NCBI GenBank assembly: GCA_040384705.1
Contig: JAZKIU010000001.1
Location: 89,907-153,906, forward strand
Length of the DNA stretch: 64,000 nucleotides
Direction: 5' to 3'
DNA from: Patescibacteria group bacterium
GTDB lineage: Bacteria > Patescibacteriota > Minisyncoccia > Phycocordibacterales > Phycocordibacteraceae
The notes below the pieces were generated by a model. That model was given only the letters and a program-made list of their open reading frames with translations, did not search any database and was not told the DNA's origin. This document shows, in pieces, positions 8,481-18,446 of this stretch (position 1 is the stretch's first letter; every line of letters starts with the position of its first letter). A program made the translations under genes and the position numbers.

Positions 8481-8735
8481 ATGAGGCAACCGGATATCAA
8501 TTGGAAGGATGAGCAGGTGTTAGAGGTCCTGAGAGAAGGCTTCTTCCGAGGAGATAGTAGCTCTGAGATAGCTGCTCAACTGCGCGAGAAATGCTCAATT
8601 CCGAAACTCGAAGGCCATCTCGTATCACTGGCGCTGAAGAAAGATCACGTGCTTAAGTGGCTCGAGGATAAGTGCGGTAAGGATGTTGTGGAATCCAGGC
8701 TTCGAGTCAGAAGAGTCCGACAGGGACGAGGGTGA
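8481..8735 (+). CDS. Hypothetical protein, possible HTH
   Basis: GGGAG SD; W...G.SSSEIA..L pattern resembling a GcrA-type HTH; hairpin follows at 8751-8783. Confidence 0.55.
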   Translation: MRQPDINWKDEQVLEVLREGFFRGDSSSEIAAQLREKCSIPKLEGHLVSLALKKDHVLKWLEDKCGKDVVESRLRVRRVRQGRG

Positions 8736-8798
8736 CAAATTCACCAAACGAAAACGCCCCGGCGATGCTATCGCCGGGGCGTTCGAATGTCACAATAC

Positions 8799-9398
8799 TT
8801 AACGCTTGTAGACGGAATCGATGATGCCATACTTCTTCGCGTCGTCCGCCATCATGAAGTAGTCGCGGTCGACATCCTTCTCGACTTTGGCGAGCGGCTG
8901 CCCGGTGTTCTTCGAGAGAATCTTGTTGAGCCGTTCACGGGTCGCGATGATGTGCTTCGCGGTTATCTCGATATCGGTCGCCTGCCCCTGTGCGCCGCCC
9001 CATGGCTGATGAATCATCACTTCGGCGTTCGGGAGCGCATAGCGCTTGCCCTTCTCTCCGGCAGAGAGGATGACTGCTGCAGCAGATGCCGCCATACCCA
9101 CGCATACGGTAGAGACCGCAGGCTTCACATGGTTCATGGTGTCGAGGATGGCGAGTCCTGCCGTCACCGAGCCGCCCGGGCTATTTATATAGAGCGAGAT
9201 GTCCTTCTTTGGGTCTTCCGACTCGAGGAAGAGGAGCTGGGCGATGATGAGGTTCGCTACATCATCATCGATGCCGCCGCCGAGGAAGATGATGCGCTCG
9301 CGCAGCAGGCGCGAGTATATGTCATAGGCGCGTTCGCCGAATTGCGACTTCTCTATGACCATCGGGATAAGCATGGATGCGCGGGGCGTGGTGTTCAT
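8799..9398 (-). CDS. clpP: ATP-dependent Clp protease proteolytic subunit
   Basis: [30 protein letters not shown] and MIHQP motifs. Confidence 0.97.
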   Translation of the reverse strand: MNTTPRASMLIPMVIEKSQFGERAYDIYSRLLRERIIFLGGGIDDDVANLIIAQLLFLESEDPKKDISLYINSPGGSVTAGLAILDTMNHVKPAVSTVCVGMAASAAAVILSAGEKGKRYALPNAEVMIHQPWGGAQGQATDIEITAKHIIATRERLNKILSKNTGQPLAKVEKDVDRDYFMMADDAKKYGIIDSVYKR

Positions 9399-9477
9399 AT
9401 ATACAGGCAGTTACGTCCGGCAATGGTATCAGAAAAGAGCGATGAACGGAAAACCGCGACCCTAGGGTCGCGGTTTT

Positions 9478-9732
9478 CTAGATGTTCGCGTCGATGTCGA
9501 CGCTCGTTCCTTCGCCCGCGGGCGCTGGCTCCATACGCTCGCCCCAGCTATAGAGCGCGGCAGTGAGGATGAGTCCCACGATCATGACAATGCCGATGAG
9601 GCCGCCCCAGGAACCTTTCTCGGTGCTTTTCCCTCCGGTCACGACAGGCGGGATAATGACGGTAGTAGAAGAAGTATCAGGAGAAGGGGTCGAGCTAACG
9701 TCAGCTGAGGGGGTCGATGAGGCAGTATCCAT
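9478..9732 (-). CDS. Small single-pass membrane protein
   Basis: S/T/P-rich N-terminus and one TM helix; TATACT 6 nt before ATG 9732. Confidence 0.6.
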   Translation of the reverse strand: MDTASSTPSADVSSTPSPDTSSTTVIIPPVVTGGKSTEKGSWGGLIGIVMIVGLILTAALYSWGERMEPAPAGEGTSVDIDANI

Positions 9733-9797
9733 ACGGGAAGTATAGCGGGGAAGCTTGGCAAAAGAAAAGACCCGCTTGGGGGCGGGTCCTTTCTTGG

Positions 9798-10319
9798 CTA
9801 CGCTTTCTTCTGCGTATACAGTTCGCACGCTCGGTCGAATGCAGCTTGCGCAGCATCCTTTCCTTCGAACTCCCCGACTTCTACTTCCTTCTTCTGTATC
9901 TGCTTATAGGTAGCGAAGAAGTGAGCTATCTCCTTAAGGGTGTGAGCATTCACGTCCTTAAGGTCCTTCACCTCCGCGAAGCGAGGATCGTCAGAAGGGA
10001 CCGCGATGACCTTCTCATCGGCTTCGCCGCCGTCCACCATGTGCATGATGCCGACCGGGCGCGCGCGTACGAGGATCCCGGGCGCGAGCGGGTACGTGGT
10101 GAGGACCACTACATCGAGTGCATCGCCATCGTCCCAGAGCGTCTGCGGCACGAAGCCGTAGTCGAAGGGGTAGTCCTGGGCGCTGTGCATTACGCGGTCG
10201 AGCGCGATAATTCCAGTCTCCTTATCTATTTCGTACTTGTTCTTCGAGCCTTTCGGTATCTCGATGATGACGTTCATCTCGTCCTTGGTCCCTGGTGCTA
10301 TGTCGTGAAGAAGGTTCAT
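9798..10319 (-). CDS. ppa: Inorganic pyrophosphatase (family I)
   Basis: EIPKGSKNKYE, YGFVPQT, DGDALDV and FFATYK motifs. Confidence 0.96.
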   Translation of the reverse strand: MNLLHDIAPGTKDEMNVIIEIPKGSKNKYEIDKETGIIALDRVMHSAQDYPFDYGFVPQTLWDDGDALDVVVLTTYPLAPGILVRARPVGIMHMVDGGEADEKVIAVPSDDPRFAEVKDLKDVNAHTLKEIAHFFATYKQIQKKEVEVGEFEGKDAAQAAFDRACELYTQKKA

Positions 10320-10342
10320 ATAGCGGAGATTATATAGGACGA

Positions 10343-11764
10343 TTACGCTTCGTCGCGGGACTCTTTCGCGTCCACGACCGATTCGTTCTCATCGGTGCGC
10401 GCCGTCTCCTGCTCTGCGGTGAGTATCCCTGGATCCTCGCTCGCGTCCTCCTCGCTCGTGATGACGGAGTCGCTCTCGTTCGGAGCGATGCCCGCTTCTA
10501 TCGATGGGCTCTGCTCGGTACCTGCTTCCGACGCCTCTATCTCGGCCTCAGCCTTGATGGTGGAGTCGTTAGACGCCTTCTTGTCGAAGGATATCTCGTC
10601 GCTTGCTGCGCCGCCGACGCTCGTACCGCCCGTGGACTCGATATCGAGGTTCCAACCGGTGAGCTTAGCTGCGAGGCGAACGTTCTGGCCGCCGCGACCT
10701 ATCGCGAGTGACTGCTGGTCCTCCGAAACGGTGACCTTGGCGCGGTGATTCACTTCATCGAGCTCTACGCTCATGACGGTGGCCGGCGAAAGCGATTCCT
10801 TGATGAAGGCCGACTGGTCTTCCGACCATTCGATGATGTCGATACGCTCGCCACCGAGCTCGCTCATGACGGTCGAGACGCGTACGCCGCGCTGGCCCAC
10901 GAGGGAGCCGACCGGGTCGACGTGGGAATCCACCGAGGAGATGGCTATCTTCGTGCGGGAGCCAGGCTCGCGCGCGACGCCTTTCACCTCGATAGAGCCT
11001 GCAGCGAGTTCCGGAGCCTCCATCTCGAAGAGACGGATGAGGAAGCGAGGGTGGCTGCGGGAAAGGCGGAGGTATACGCCACGGAACCCTTCATCGACTG
11101 CGTAGAGGTACGCACGGATGCGCTCTCCTGGGCGATATCGTTCGCCAGGAATCTGCTCCTCGTACGGGATGATGCCGGTCGCGCGCCCGAGGTCGATGAA
11201 TATCGCGCCGCGCTCGATGCGCTGCACGACACCCGACACGATCTCGCCCTTCTTGTGGGCGAATTCGTCGAGGATGGAGAGCTTCTCGGCCTCGCGGATC
11301 TTCTGGATGACGACCTGCTTGGCGGTCTGGGCCGCGATACGGCCAAAGTCATCCTGGGGCTCGAGCGGGAAGATTATCTCCTCGCCAAGCGCTACGCCGC
11401 GCTTGATGCGCATCGCGTCCTCAATGAGGATGTGCTTCTCGGCGTCGTAGCGGGGGAGTTCGCCCTCGGCGACTTCCTCCTCACGGTCGTGGGCAGGGTG
11501 GCCCACCGGGTGCTCGACTACTTCCTCCTCGCCTTCGACGGGGAAACGGACCATGGTGTCGTCCACAACGGTCTTCACCTGCTCGAAGGAGACGGTGCCC
11601 GTATTCATATCGAGCTTGCCGCGTACCACCTGGCCGCGCTTCCCGTATTCCTTCTTATATGCGGTGGCCATCGCGCTTTCGATAGCGTCGACCATCGTTT
11701 CCTTCGTGATACCGCGTTCCTCGAACTCCACGAGCACCGAATTGATTGTTTTGAGATCCAACAT
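10343..11764 (-). CDS. nusA: Transcription termination/antitermination factor NusA
   Basis: FGRIAAQTAKQV, S1 domain, AREPGSRTKIA, AIGRGGQNVRLA; start at ATG 11764. Confidence 0.96.
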   Translation of the reverse strand: MLDLKTINSVLVEFEERGITKETMVDAIESAMATAYKKEYGKRGQVVRGKLDMNTGTVSFEQVKTVVDDTMVRFPVEGEEEVVEHPVGHPAHDREEEVAEGELPRYDAEKHILIEDAMRIKRGVALGEEIIFPLEPQDDFGRIAAQTAKQVVIQKIREAEKLSILDEFAHKKGEIVSGVVQRIERGAIFIDLGRATGIIPYEEQIPGERYRPGERIRAYLYAVDEGFRGVYLRLSRSHPRFLIRLFEMEAPELAAGSIEVKGVAREPGSRTKIAISSVDSHVDPVGSLVGQRGVRVSTVMSELGGERIDIIEWSEDQSAFIKESLSPATVMSVELDEVNHRAKVTVSEDQQSLAIGRGGQNVRLAAKLTGWNLDIESTGGTSVGGAASDEISFDKKASNDSTIKAEAEIEASEAGTEQSPSIEAGIAPNESDSVITSEEDASEDPGILTAEQETARTDENESVVDAKESRDEA

Positions 11765-11812
11765 AAGCCTTCCTCTATTTAGTTGTATGCACGTATGTAA
11801 TTGTAGCCCCTT

Positions 11813-11883
11813 AAAAAGAAATGCCCGCGGGTGCGGACAATTCAGATAGGTAGAACATACCATATATAGGTGCGTTGCGTCAA
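11813..11883 (-). promoter_or_regulatory. nusA promoter and leader terminator (attenuator)
   Basis: Minus strand TTGACG-18-TATGTT, then TGTCCGC-ACCC-GCGGGCA-TTTCTTTTT upstream of the ATG. Confidence 0.6.
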
Positions 11884-11926
11884 TGGTGTGGAAAGGGTAG
11901 GGTGGACGCGGAAAGGGAGGAATCAC

Positions 11927-12421
11927 ATGGTTCATGACATGAGCCGTCCTGGTACCGACGAAGAGATCCTCGGCATCATCGAAAGTCAGGCGTACCGTCG
12001 GTGGACCATAGCGGGGTACCGATACTGGGATCTGCAGCTTAATCCATCCGATCAAATGCTCCTCGGCCGCTCATATGCTTGGCTGAGGAATCGTCACATT
12101 GACCGCATGAGCATGAGTGATCTCGGAAAAGCCGAACTAGAAGAGCTGATTTTCACGGTGCTCCCTGCTTTTGCAGGCGCCGTGAAGCGAATCTGGCCGG
12201 TGACGAACGTGAATTTCGAGTGGCTTGGGAATTCAACGGACCATCACCGAGGTCACGGGCATGCCCACCTCATTCCGCGTCTCAGCCGCTCTGTCGAGTT
12301 CATGGGACATATGTTCATGGATGCTGAGCCGCAGAAGCGCCGCCCGGCTGGTCGGCTCGAGCTTGATGATGAGGTCCTCGAACAGATCCGATACGTCATT
12401 AAAGCCGAGCTCGAACGGTGA
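11927..12421 (+). CDS. HIT-family hydrolase (divergent)
   Basis: LGN...HGHAHLIPR histidine-triad motif; GGAGG SD. Confidence 0.65.
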   Translation: MVHDMSRPGTDEEILGIIESQAYRRWTIAGYRYWDLQLNPSDQMLLGRSYAWLRNRHIDRMSMSDLGKAELEELIFTVLPAFAGAVKRIWPVTNVNFEWLGNSTDHHRGHGHAHLIPRLSRSVEFMGHMFMDAEPQKRRPAGRLELDDEVLEQIRYVIKAELER

Positions 12422-12494
12422 GTTTCCACTTACGAAGATTATTGCGCGCCGCGATTCACCTCGCGGCGCGTTATACTTTTACTACTCAACAGCT

Positions 12495-14249
12495 ATGCAA
12501 GTATCAGAAAGCGAATTGAAAGAGTTCATCCTTGACTCCGGCCTTGTCGCGCGCAAGGACGTCGAGGACGCGGATAACGAGGCGAAGGAGAAGAAGCAAT
12601 CCGTCGGCGATATCCTCGTGTCCCGCGGCACGCTCTCACAAGATGCGCTCCGTCGCATCAAGGCCTATGTGCTCGGCATCCCGTTCGTGAACCTGAAGGA
12701 TAGGAAGATACCGCTCGAGGTGCTCTCCCTCATCCCAGAGCCTATCGCGCGCACCCACTCCATCATCGCGTTCCGCAAGAACGGCGGAGACCTCGAGGTC
12801 GCCATGCTCGATACGGAGGACCTCATCTCCATCGATTCCGTTCGGAAGAAGACCGGGCTCAAGATACTCCCGCGTCTCACCGACGATGAGTCGCTCAAGT
12901 TCGTGCTCCTGCAGTACCAGAAGTCCCTCAAGGAGGAGTTCGGCGACCTTATCTCCACCGAAGCGGGACGCCTTAACCTTATTAAGGAGGGAGGAGACGA
13001 CGAAGCGTCGGGTGAGGACCTCAAGAAGATGGCGGAGGACCTGCCTATCGTGCGTATCGTGGACACACTCCTGCGTCACGCCATCATTCAGAGCGCATCC
13101 GATATCCATATAGAGCACTCCGAGACGGAAGTGCTGGTCCGGTATCGCATCGACGGCATATTGCACGACGCGATGACGCTGCCGCGCAATGCGGCTCCGG
13201 GTATCGTCGCGCGCATCAAGGTGCTGGCCAACCTCAAACTCGACGAGAAGCGTCTCCCGCAGGACGGACGCTTCAAGATGGAGGCGGAGGCCGAAGCGGT
13301 CTCATTCCGCGTCTCGCTCCTCCCAACCTATTACGGCGAGAAGATAGTCATGCGTCTCCTTCGTGAGACGGGAGGGGAAGGCTTCACGCTCGACGTGCTC
13401 GGTTTCCACGGCGAGACGATGGAGAACATCCATAAGGCGACGAAGTCCACGACCGGCATCATCCTCGTGTCGGGGCCGACCGGCTCGGGTAAGACGACGA
13501 CGCTGTACACCATCCTCGATATCCTGAACACGCCGGACGTGAACATCTCGACCATCGAGGACCCTATCGAGTACCAGATGAAGCGCGTGAACCAGACGCA
13601 GGTGAATCCGGGCATCGGATTCACGTTCGCGAACGGGCTCCGCTCCCTCGTGCGCCAGGACCCGGACATCATCATGGTGGGAGAGATCCGTGACGGTGAG
13701 ACGGCCGCGCTCGCTATCAATGCGGCGCTCACCGGCCACCTCGTGCTCTCCACCATTCACACGAACTCAGCTGCAGGCGCTATACCGCGTCTCATCGATA
13801 TGGGTGTCGAGCCGTTCCTCCTCGTTTCCACGCTCCGTGTCATCGTCGGCCAGCGCCTCGTGCGCAAGCTCTGCGAAGGGAAGGAGCAGTACGCGCTCGA
13901 TGCGGAGGAGCGCGCGAAGGTGGCGCACGATGATAAGTTCGAGGCAGCGCTCAACTCTCTTAAGGAAGAGAAATTGATTAAGGCGGGCGTGAAGATAGAC
14001 GAGCTTCCGTTCTATAAGCCGGTACCGAGTAGTGAGTGCGAGGAAGGATACAAGAGTCGTATCGGCATACACGAGATACTCTCTGTTTCCTCATCCATTC
14101 GCGAGCTTATTTTGCATAGCGCGACATCCGAAGCGATAGAGGAGCAAGCGAGAAAAGAGGGCATGCTCACGATGCTCGAGGACGGTCTATATAAGTCAGC
14201 AAGGGGAATTACCTCTATCGAGGAGGTGCTGAGGGCGGTCACGGAATAG
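12495..14249 (+). CDS. pilB: Type IV pilus assembly ATPase (PilB/GspE)
   Basis: ASDIHIE, RLPQDG, GPTGSGKTTT, TIEDPIE, RQDPDIIMVGEIRD and TGHLVLSTIHTN motifs. Confidence 0.93.
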   Translation: MQVSESELKEFILDSGLVARKDVEDADNEAKEKKQSVGDILVSRGTLSQDALRRIKAYVLGIPFVNLKDRKIPLEVLSLIPEPIARTHSIIAFRKNGGDLEVAMLDTEDLISIDSVRKKTGLKILPRLTDDESLKFVLLQYQKSLKEEFGDLISTEAGRLNLIKEGGDDEASGEDLKKMAEDLPIVRIVDTLLRHAIIQSASDIHIEHSETEVLVRYRIDGILHDAMTLPRNAAPGIVARIKVLANLKLDEKRLPQDGRFKMEAEAEAVSFRVSLLPTYYGEKIVMRLLRETGGEGFTLDVLGFHGETMENIHKATKSTTGIILVSGPTGSGKTTTLYTILDILNTPDVNISTIEDPIEYQMKRVNQTQVNPGIGFTFANGLRSLVRQDPDIIMVGEIRDGETAALAINAALTGHLVLSTIHTNSAAGAIPRLIDMGVEPFLLVSTLRVIVGQRLVRKLCEGKEQYALDAEERAKVAHDDKFEAALNSLKEEKLIKAGVKIDELPFYKPVPSSECEEGYKSRIGIHEILSVSSSIRELILHSATSEAIEEQARKEGMLTMLEDGLYKSARGITSIEEVLRAVTE

Positions 14250-14339
14250 CTCGTTGCGGTTTGCCGGGGCGGTGATATAACTGCGAAGAGCTGCGTATGA
14301 ACTCCGAAGAACCGGAGAAGCGCAGCCGGAGGAAACGCA

Positions 14340-14690
14340 ATGGGTCGTTTCTTTGTTGGTAACGGTTGGGCAATGTTGGTCGGAGTCGCTCTCGGCCTCG
14401 TCCTGCAGATGTCCGGCGTGGTGAATGGCTCCCTGTGGAGCTGGATGGCTGGAAGTCTCGTGGCGACCATCGTCATGGCCGCGATCGGGCACGGTTCCAG
14501 CTTCTTCGACGGGGTGCTGGCCTGGTTCGTCCTGGTCGTCTTCGTCCTTGCCGCCGTGTTCGCGCAGGCGATGGGCCAGACCGCCTCGGTCTATGACCTG
14601 TTCGCTGGCATGTCCATCGGTCTCGCCGCGCTCCTTCTCGTGAGCCTGGCGCGCCGGTTGCGCGGCGGCGGGCGAGCGGCGCGCGCCTAA
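14340..14690 (+). CDS. Hypothetical 4-TM membrane protein
   Basis: Four hydrophobic segments; GGAGG SD; hairpin at 14699-14735. Confidence 0.65.
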   Translation: MGRFFVGNGWAMLVGVALGLVLQMSGVVNGSLWSWMAGSLVATIVMAAIGHGSSFFDGVLAWFVLVVFVLAAVFAQAMGQTASVYDLFAGMSIGLAALLLVSLARRLRGGGRAARA

Positions 14691-14762
14691 GTGCGCACGG
14701 GCCCGGGAATCTTCGCGAGAAGAAACCCGGGCCCGAAGTCTTTTGCATGCTAGAATTTTTTC

Positions 14763-15980
14763 ATGAAATATCGCGTCACGCTCAAGCGTGAGGATGGAAC
14801 TGAAGAGAAGCGAACCATGGAAGCGGCATCGCGTTTCGCGGTGTATGCGGATGCGGAGAAGGAAGGGCTGGCCGTGATCGCAGTACAAGAAGGCGGAGGG
14901 GGAACCTTCTCGCTTTCGCGTCTCTCAAGCATCCAGATAGGGAGCGGGGTGAAGATGGACGAACGCATCACGTTCACCAAGAACCTTTCTGCCATGCTCA
15001 CCGCCGGCCTCTCGCTTTCACGTGCACTCTCCGTCATCGAGCGGCAGACCACCAATAAGGCGCTGAAGCGTATCGTCGTGGACCTTTCCGAGAAGGTGAA
15101 GACGGGACAGGCGTTCCATGAGGCGCTCGCATTCCATCGCAATATCTTCTCCGACCTCTTCATTGCAATGACGAAGGCAGGCGAGGAGTCGGGAACGCTC
15201 GCCGAGGCGCTCAAGGTGGTGGCCAAGCAGATGGATAGGTCGAACTCTTTGAATAAGAAGGTGAAGGGCGCGATGATCTATCCTTCCATCATTCTCGTCG
15301 CGGTCGTGCTCATCGGTATCCTCATGCTCATCTACGTGGTGCCGACGCTATCGAACACGTTCCGTGAGCTCGGCGTCGAGCTTCCCGCTGCCACCAAGAT
15401 GGTCATCGGTGCGTCCGACTTCATGGCGAATAATCCAGTGCTCGTGCTCGTACTGTTCGCGCTCGTCGTCATTGGGTTCGTGCTCTTCACCAAGACGAAG
15501 GTGGGAGGAAGCATAGTCGTCGCGGTAGCGCTCCGTGTTCCCATCATCGGGGAGCTGGTGAAGGAGACGTATAGCGCGCGCGCCGCACGGGCCCTCTCCT
15601 CGCTGCTGTCGTCCGGGGTCGAGATGCTCTCGGCGCTCTCCATAGCGGCAGAAGTCGTAGGTGAGAAGAAGTTCAGCAAGGTCATCACCGAAGCGGAAGC
15701 GCGCGTGCGCAAGGGCGAGACGCTCTCCGCTACCTTCAGTGACTATCCGAAGCTGTATCCGGTGTTCATCGCCGACATGATAGCGGTGGGGGAGGAGACG
15801 GGTAAGGTGGCGGACATGCTCGGTCAGGTCGCCGAATACTACGAGACCGACGTCGAGGACCGCACCAAGGACCTCTCCACCATCATCGAACCTATCCTCA
15901 TGCTCTTCATCGGCGGGGTCGTGGGCGTATTCGCGCTCTCGATGATATCCCCTATCTACTCGCTTTCGGATAAGATCTAG
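14763..15980 (+). CDS. pilC: Type IV pilus platform protein (PilC/GspF)
   Basis: AGEESG, AMIYP, VGEETG and IIEPIL GspF motifs. Confidence 0.93.
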   Translation: MKYRVTLKREDGTEEKRTMEAASRFAVYADAEKEGLAVIAVQEGGGGTFSLSRLSSIQIGSGVKMDERITFTKNLSAMLTAGLSLSRALSVIERQTTNKALKRIVVDLSEKVKTGQAFHEALAFHRNIFSDLFIAMTKAGEESGTLAEALKVVAKQMDRSNSLNKKVKGAMIYPSIILVAVVLIGILMLIYVVPTLSNTFRELGVELPAATKMVIGASDFMANNPVLVLVLFALVVIGFVLFTKTKVGGSIVVAVALRVPIIGELVKETYSARAARALSSLLSSGVEMLSALSIAAEVVGEKKFSKVITEAEARVRKGETLSATFSDYPKLYPVFIADMIAVGEETGKVADMLGQVAEYYETDVEDRTKDLSTIIEPILMLFIGGVVGVFALSMISPIYSLSDKI

Positions 15981-16069
15981 GTTCGATACCTAGTCTGCCA
16001 GCACGTTCATCAGGTGCACAAAGCGCAGTCTCGACAAAGTCGCAGCTCAGTCAGCCCTTAGTTACCGCG

Positions 16070-16951
16070 CTAAATACGTGGCCATTGCTTAGTTTGGAGA
16101 TATTTCTCGTGCGCGCGGTCGGTCAGTAAAATCCGGGCGCGCAAATCCGCAAGCTCAGGCAATTGCTTGGATGCGTCGTCAGCTCCATCGAGGAAGTTCA
16201 GAAAATCCTCGACGGCATCGATGCTGTAGAGGCTGAGGGCAGATAAGATCTGTGGTCGGGGGTACTTCCAATCAACAGCTGGCGTGAAGCCGTCGGCTCC
16301 GTCCCATTCCAAGTGGTTACCGTACAGTTCCTGCCAATTGCCATGGACGCCATGGCTGCCGCCACCAAACATCGCCAAGTAGGCCATATCAAGATCCAAC
16401 ACTTCGCACTTCTCTCGAATATTTTTACCGCCCCACGGCTTTCGGTCCTGAAGATCGATTTCCGCTAAAGTAATTCCGGATGCTGCGAATGAACGATCGA
16501 TGGACTTCAGCATTCGCTCCTCGATGGGTAATCTCACATCGCCCCGGTCTGATATGTTTGCCATGATCCTTTCATGCAGGCGTCGCTCGTGCCGAAGTGA
16601 GTACCTGATGTAGGAGCGTATGAGATCCGGATTGAACTCCCGGATTAGAAAACGAATGTTGACGATAGTCTCGAAGGTGAGACGCGACATAATGAAAGCG
16701 ATTTCCCCTCGTCTTTGGCAAGTTTGATCCAAAACGGCGTGAAGTAGCTTAGAGAGCCTCACAATGTTCCCGCCAACCGCGGCTTGATCGCGAGACCACT
16801 TTCCTGACGCGTCAGTAGCGTTGGCTGCAATAACAACCCATGACGCGGCTTCAACCATTAGGTCAACAAAGACACTCATGAATTCGTCTTCTCGCGTAAA
16901 TGATGCGAGTTGCTCGGCGCTTACTTCTGTACGGATGATTTGATCTCCCAT
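16070..16951 (-). CDS. Hypothetical protein, DUF5677-like
   Basis: R.TFE..VN...L and Y...S..VHG motifs recalled as DUF5677-like; codon usage differs from neighbours. Confidence 0.55.
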   Translation of the reverse strand: MGDQIIRTEVSAEQLASFTREDEFMSVFVDLMVEAASWVVIAANATDASGKWSRDQAAVGGNIVRLSKLLHAVLDQTCQRRGEIAFIMSRLTFETIVNIRFLIREFNPDLIRSYIRYSLRHERRLHERIMANISDRGDVRLPIEERMLKSIDRSFAASGITLAEIDLQDRKPWGGKNIREKCEVLDLDMAYLAMFGGGSHGVHGNWQELYGNHLEWDGADGFTPAVDWKYPRPQILSALSLYSIDAVEDFLNFLDGADDASKQLPELADLRARILLTDRAHEKYLQTKQWPRI

Positions 16952-16958
16952 GTGTTCT

Positions 16959-17192
16959 CTAGGATAAACCCATCAACCCTTCCTCCTCAGACGTTAGGGA
17001 TGATAGGGAGGTTGGAAATGTGTCGGGTTTAGCCAGCTTCGCGTCCAATGCCTCTCCCCGCCGCTTAATCTCGCGCATCAGCCATACGAACTCCTGACCC
17101 TCAGAGGTCTGTAGCTCGCACGCGAAGCCTATCAACGCCTCCTCGACCTCCTGCCGCTTTGCGGGAGAGAGTTCATCCAAAGTATCCGTCAT
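16959..17192 (-). CDS. Hypothetical protein
   Basis: ORF from ATG 17192 ending 7 nt before the next gene. Confidence 0.5.
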   Translation of the reverse strand: MTDTLDELSPAKRQEVEEALIGFACELQTSEGQEFVWLMREIKRRGEALDAKLAKPDTFPTSLSSLTSEEEGLMGLS

Positions 17193-17357
17193 ATCCGCTT
17201 TGTATAGCGCAGGTAGAGCTATTGCGCGAACCGAGCAGTCTTCGTGGTCATGGGTGCTGCAAAAGGTGCGAACGTCCCCGCGTAGCCCCAGCACGTTTTA
17301 AAATATAGATCGTACGACAGACCAGATTGATACTTTGGAACTTATAACCAAGAGCCA

Positions 17358-17457
17358 TTGACATTGTAGTCGTATTCTGCTATTTTACTGGAGTCGGACA
17401 CTTATCCCGATTGGGTCTTCGGACTCAGCCCCCGCTGTAAAACGCGGGGGTTTCTTT
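17358..17457 (+). ncRNA. Candidate ~65-nt small RNA with its own promoter and terminator
   Basis: TTGACA-17-TATTTT with TG extension; two hairpins, one with a C(UUCG)G loop; GCCCCCGC/GCGGGGGT-TTCTTT terminator; no ORF. Confidence 0.55.
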
Positions 17458-17503
17458 ATATATAAAAGTTCCAACATCGTCCCAGGTGATCACAGAAGCG
17501 GCT

Positions 17504-17803
17504 CTATTGCAGGCTCCCTAGCGTGAGCACCACTACTGTTATCGCCCCGAACATCCCTAGTGTCTGCAAGAAATACGACACCGCTTCGGCCTTTTTGTTC
17601 TCTATGAGCCGCAGCGCCGGTTGATAGAAGAACAGGAACGCCATGACCGCTGCGGAGAATACGAACAACGAGATGAACCCCATGCCATCGAGCATGGTAT
17701 CAGGAGTATCGTGACGGATAGACTCGATAAACTGCATAAACAGCGCCACGGCACCGATATAGGCGGCTGCAGCGCCCGCATTCAGGAAAGGATTCCATTT
17801 CAT
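17504..17803 (-). CDS. Small 3-TM membrane protein
   Basis: Three hydrophobic helices; TATAGT 6 nt before the ATG. Confidence 0.7.
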   Translation of the reverse strand: MKWNPFLNAGAAAAYIGAVALFMQFIESIRHDTPDTMLDGMGFISLFVFSAAVMAFLFFYQPALRLIENKKAEAVSYFLQTLGMFGAITVVVLTLGSLQ

Positions 17804-17881
17804 ATGGCTACTATAACGCTACGCACGCGGCTCTGGTTGCAACATCGTCCCCGACAGTAGTCGCGTTAGAATGAACGATAT

Positions 17882-18418
17882 ATGGCGGCATACGTTGCTC
17901 TCTTGCGCGGGATAGCTCCCACGAACCCGAACATGCGCAACGAGAAGTTACGCAAGACGTTCGAGAGTCTCGGCTTTACTCATGTGGAAACGGTCATTGC
18001 GAGCGGGAATGTCTTGTTCGAGACAAGATCCAAGAACATAAAGAAGTTAGAGCTCGATATCGAGAAGACCCTGCTGAAGCAGCTCGGGTTCACGAGTACG
18101 ACCATCATCCGTAGCAAGGAGGAGATAGCGTCTTTAATAAAGAAGAATCCATTCAAGGGTCTCGTGCACGGACCGAGCTCCAGCCTGAACATCACCTTCC
18201 TCAAGAGCGCGTCTCGTAAGAAGGTCGCTTTTCCCTATCACGCGCCGGGGTATCGTGTGCTCGGCTCATATGACCGTGCGCTCGCGAGCGTTGTCGACCT
18301 CACGGGAGCGAAGACGCCCGACCTCATGCGGTGGATGGAGAAAGGGTTCGGCAAGGAAATAACGACACGCACCTGGAAAACCGTTGAGCGTTTACACAAG
18401 AAACTCGCCGAATATTAG
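17882..18418 (+). CDS. DUF1697 domain protein
   Basis: YVALLRGI, LGF..VETVIASGNVLF and TTRTWKTV motifs. Confidence 0.85.
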   Translation: MAAYVALLRGIAPTNPNMRNEKLRKTFESLGFTHVETVIASGNVLFETRSKNIKKLELDIEKTLLKQLGFTSTTIIRSKEEIASLIKKNPFKGLVHGPSSSLNITFLKSASRKKVAFPYHAPGYRVLGSYDRALASVVDLTGAKTPDLMRWMEKGFGKEITTRTWKTVERLHKKLAEY

Positions 18419-18446
18419 TCAGAATGGCGCTGCTATACTTCACTCC

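Noticed and set aside
11765-12055. N-terminal extensions given by the ORF track for nusA (also hup, pilB, tpiA, recJ, rpsH, rplF)
   Set aside because: Homology begins at downstream ATGs, and the extensions run over promoters or neighbouring genes
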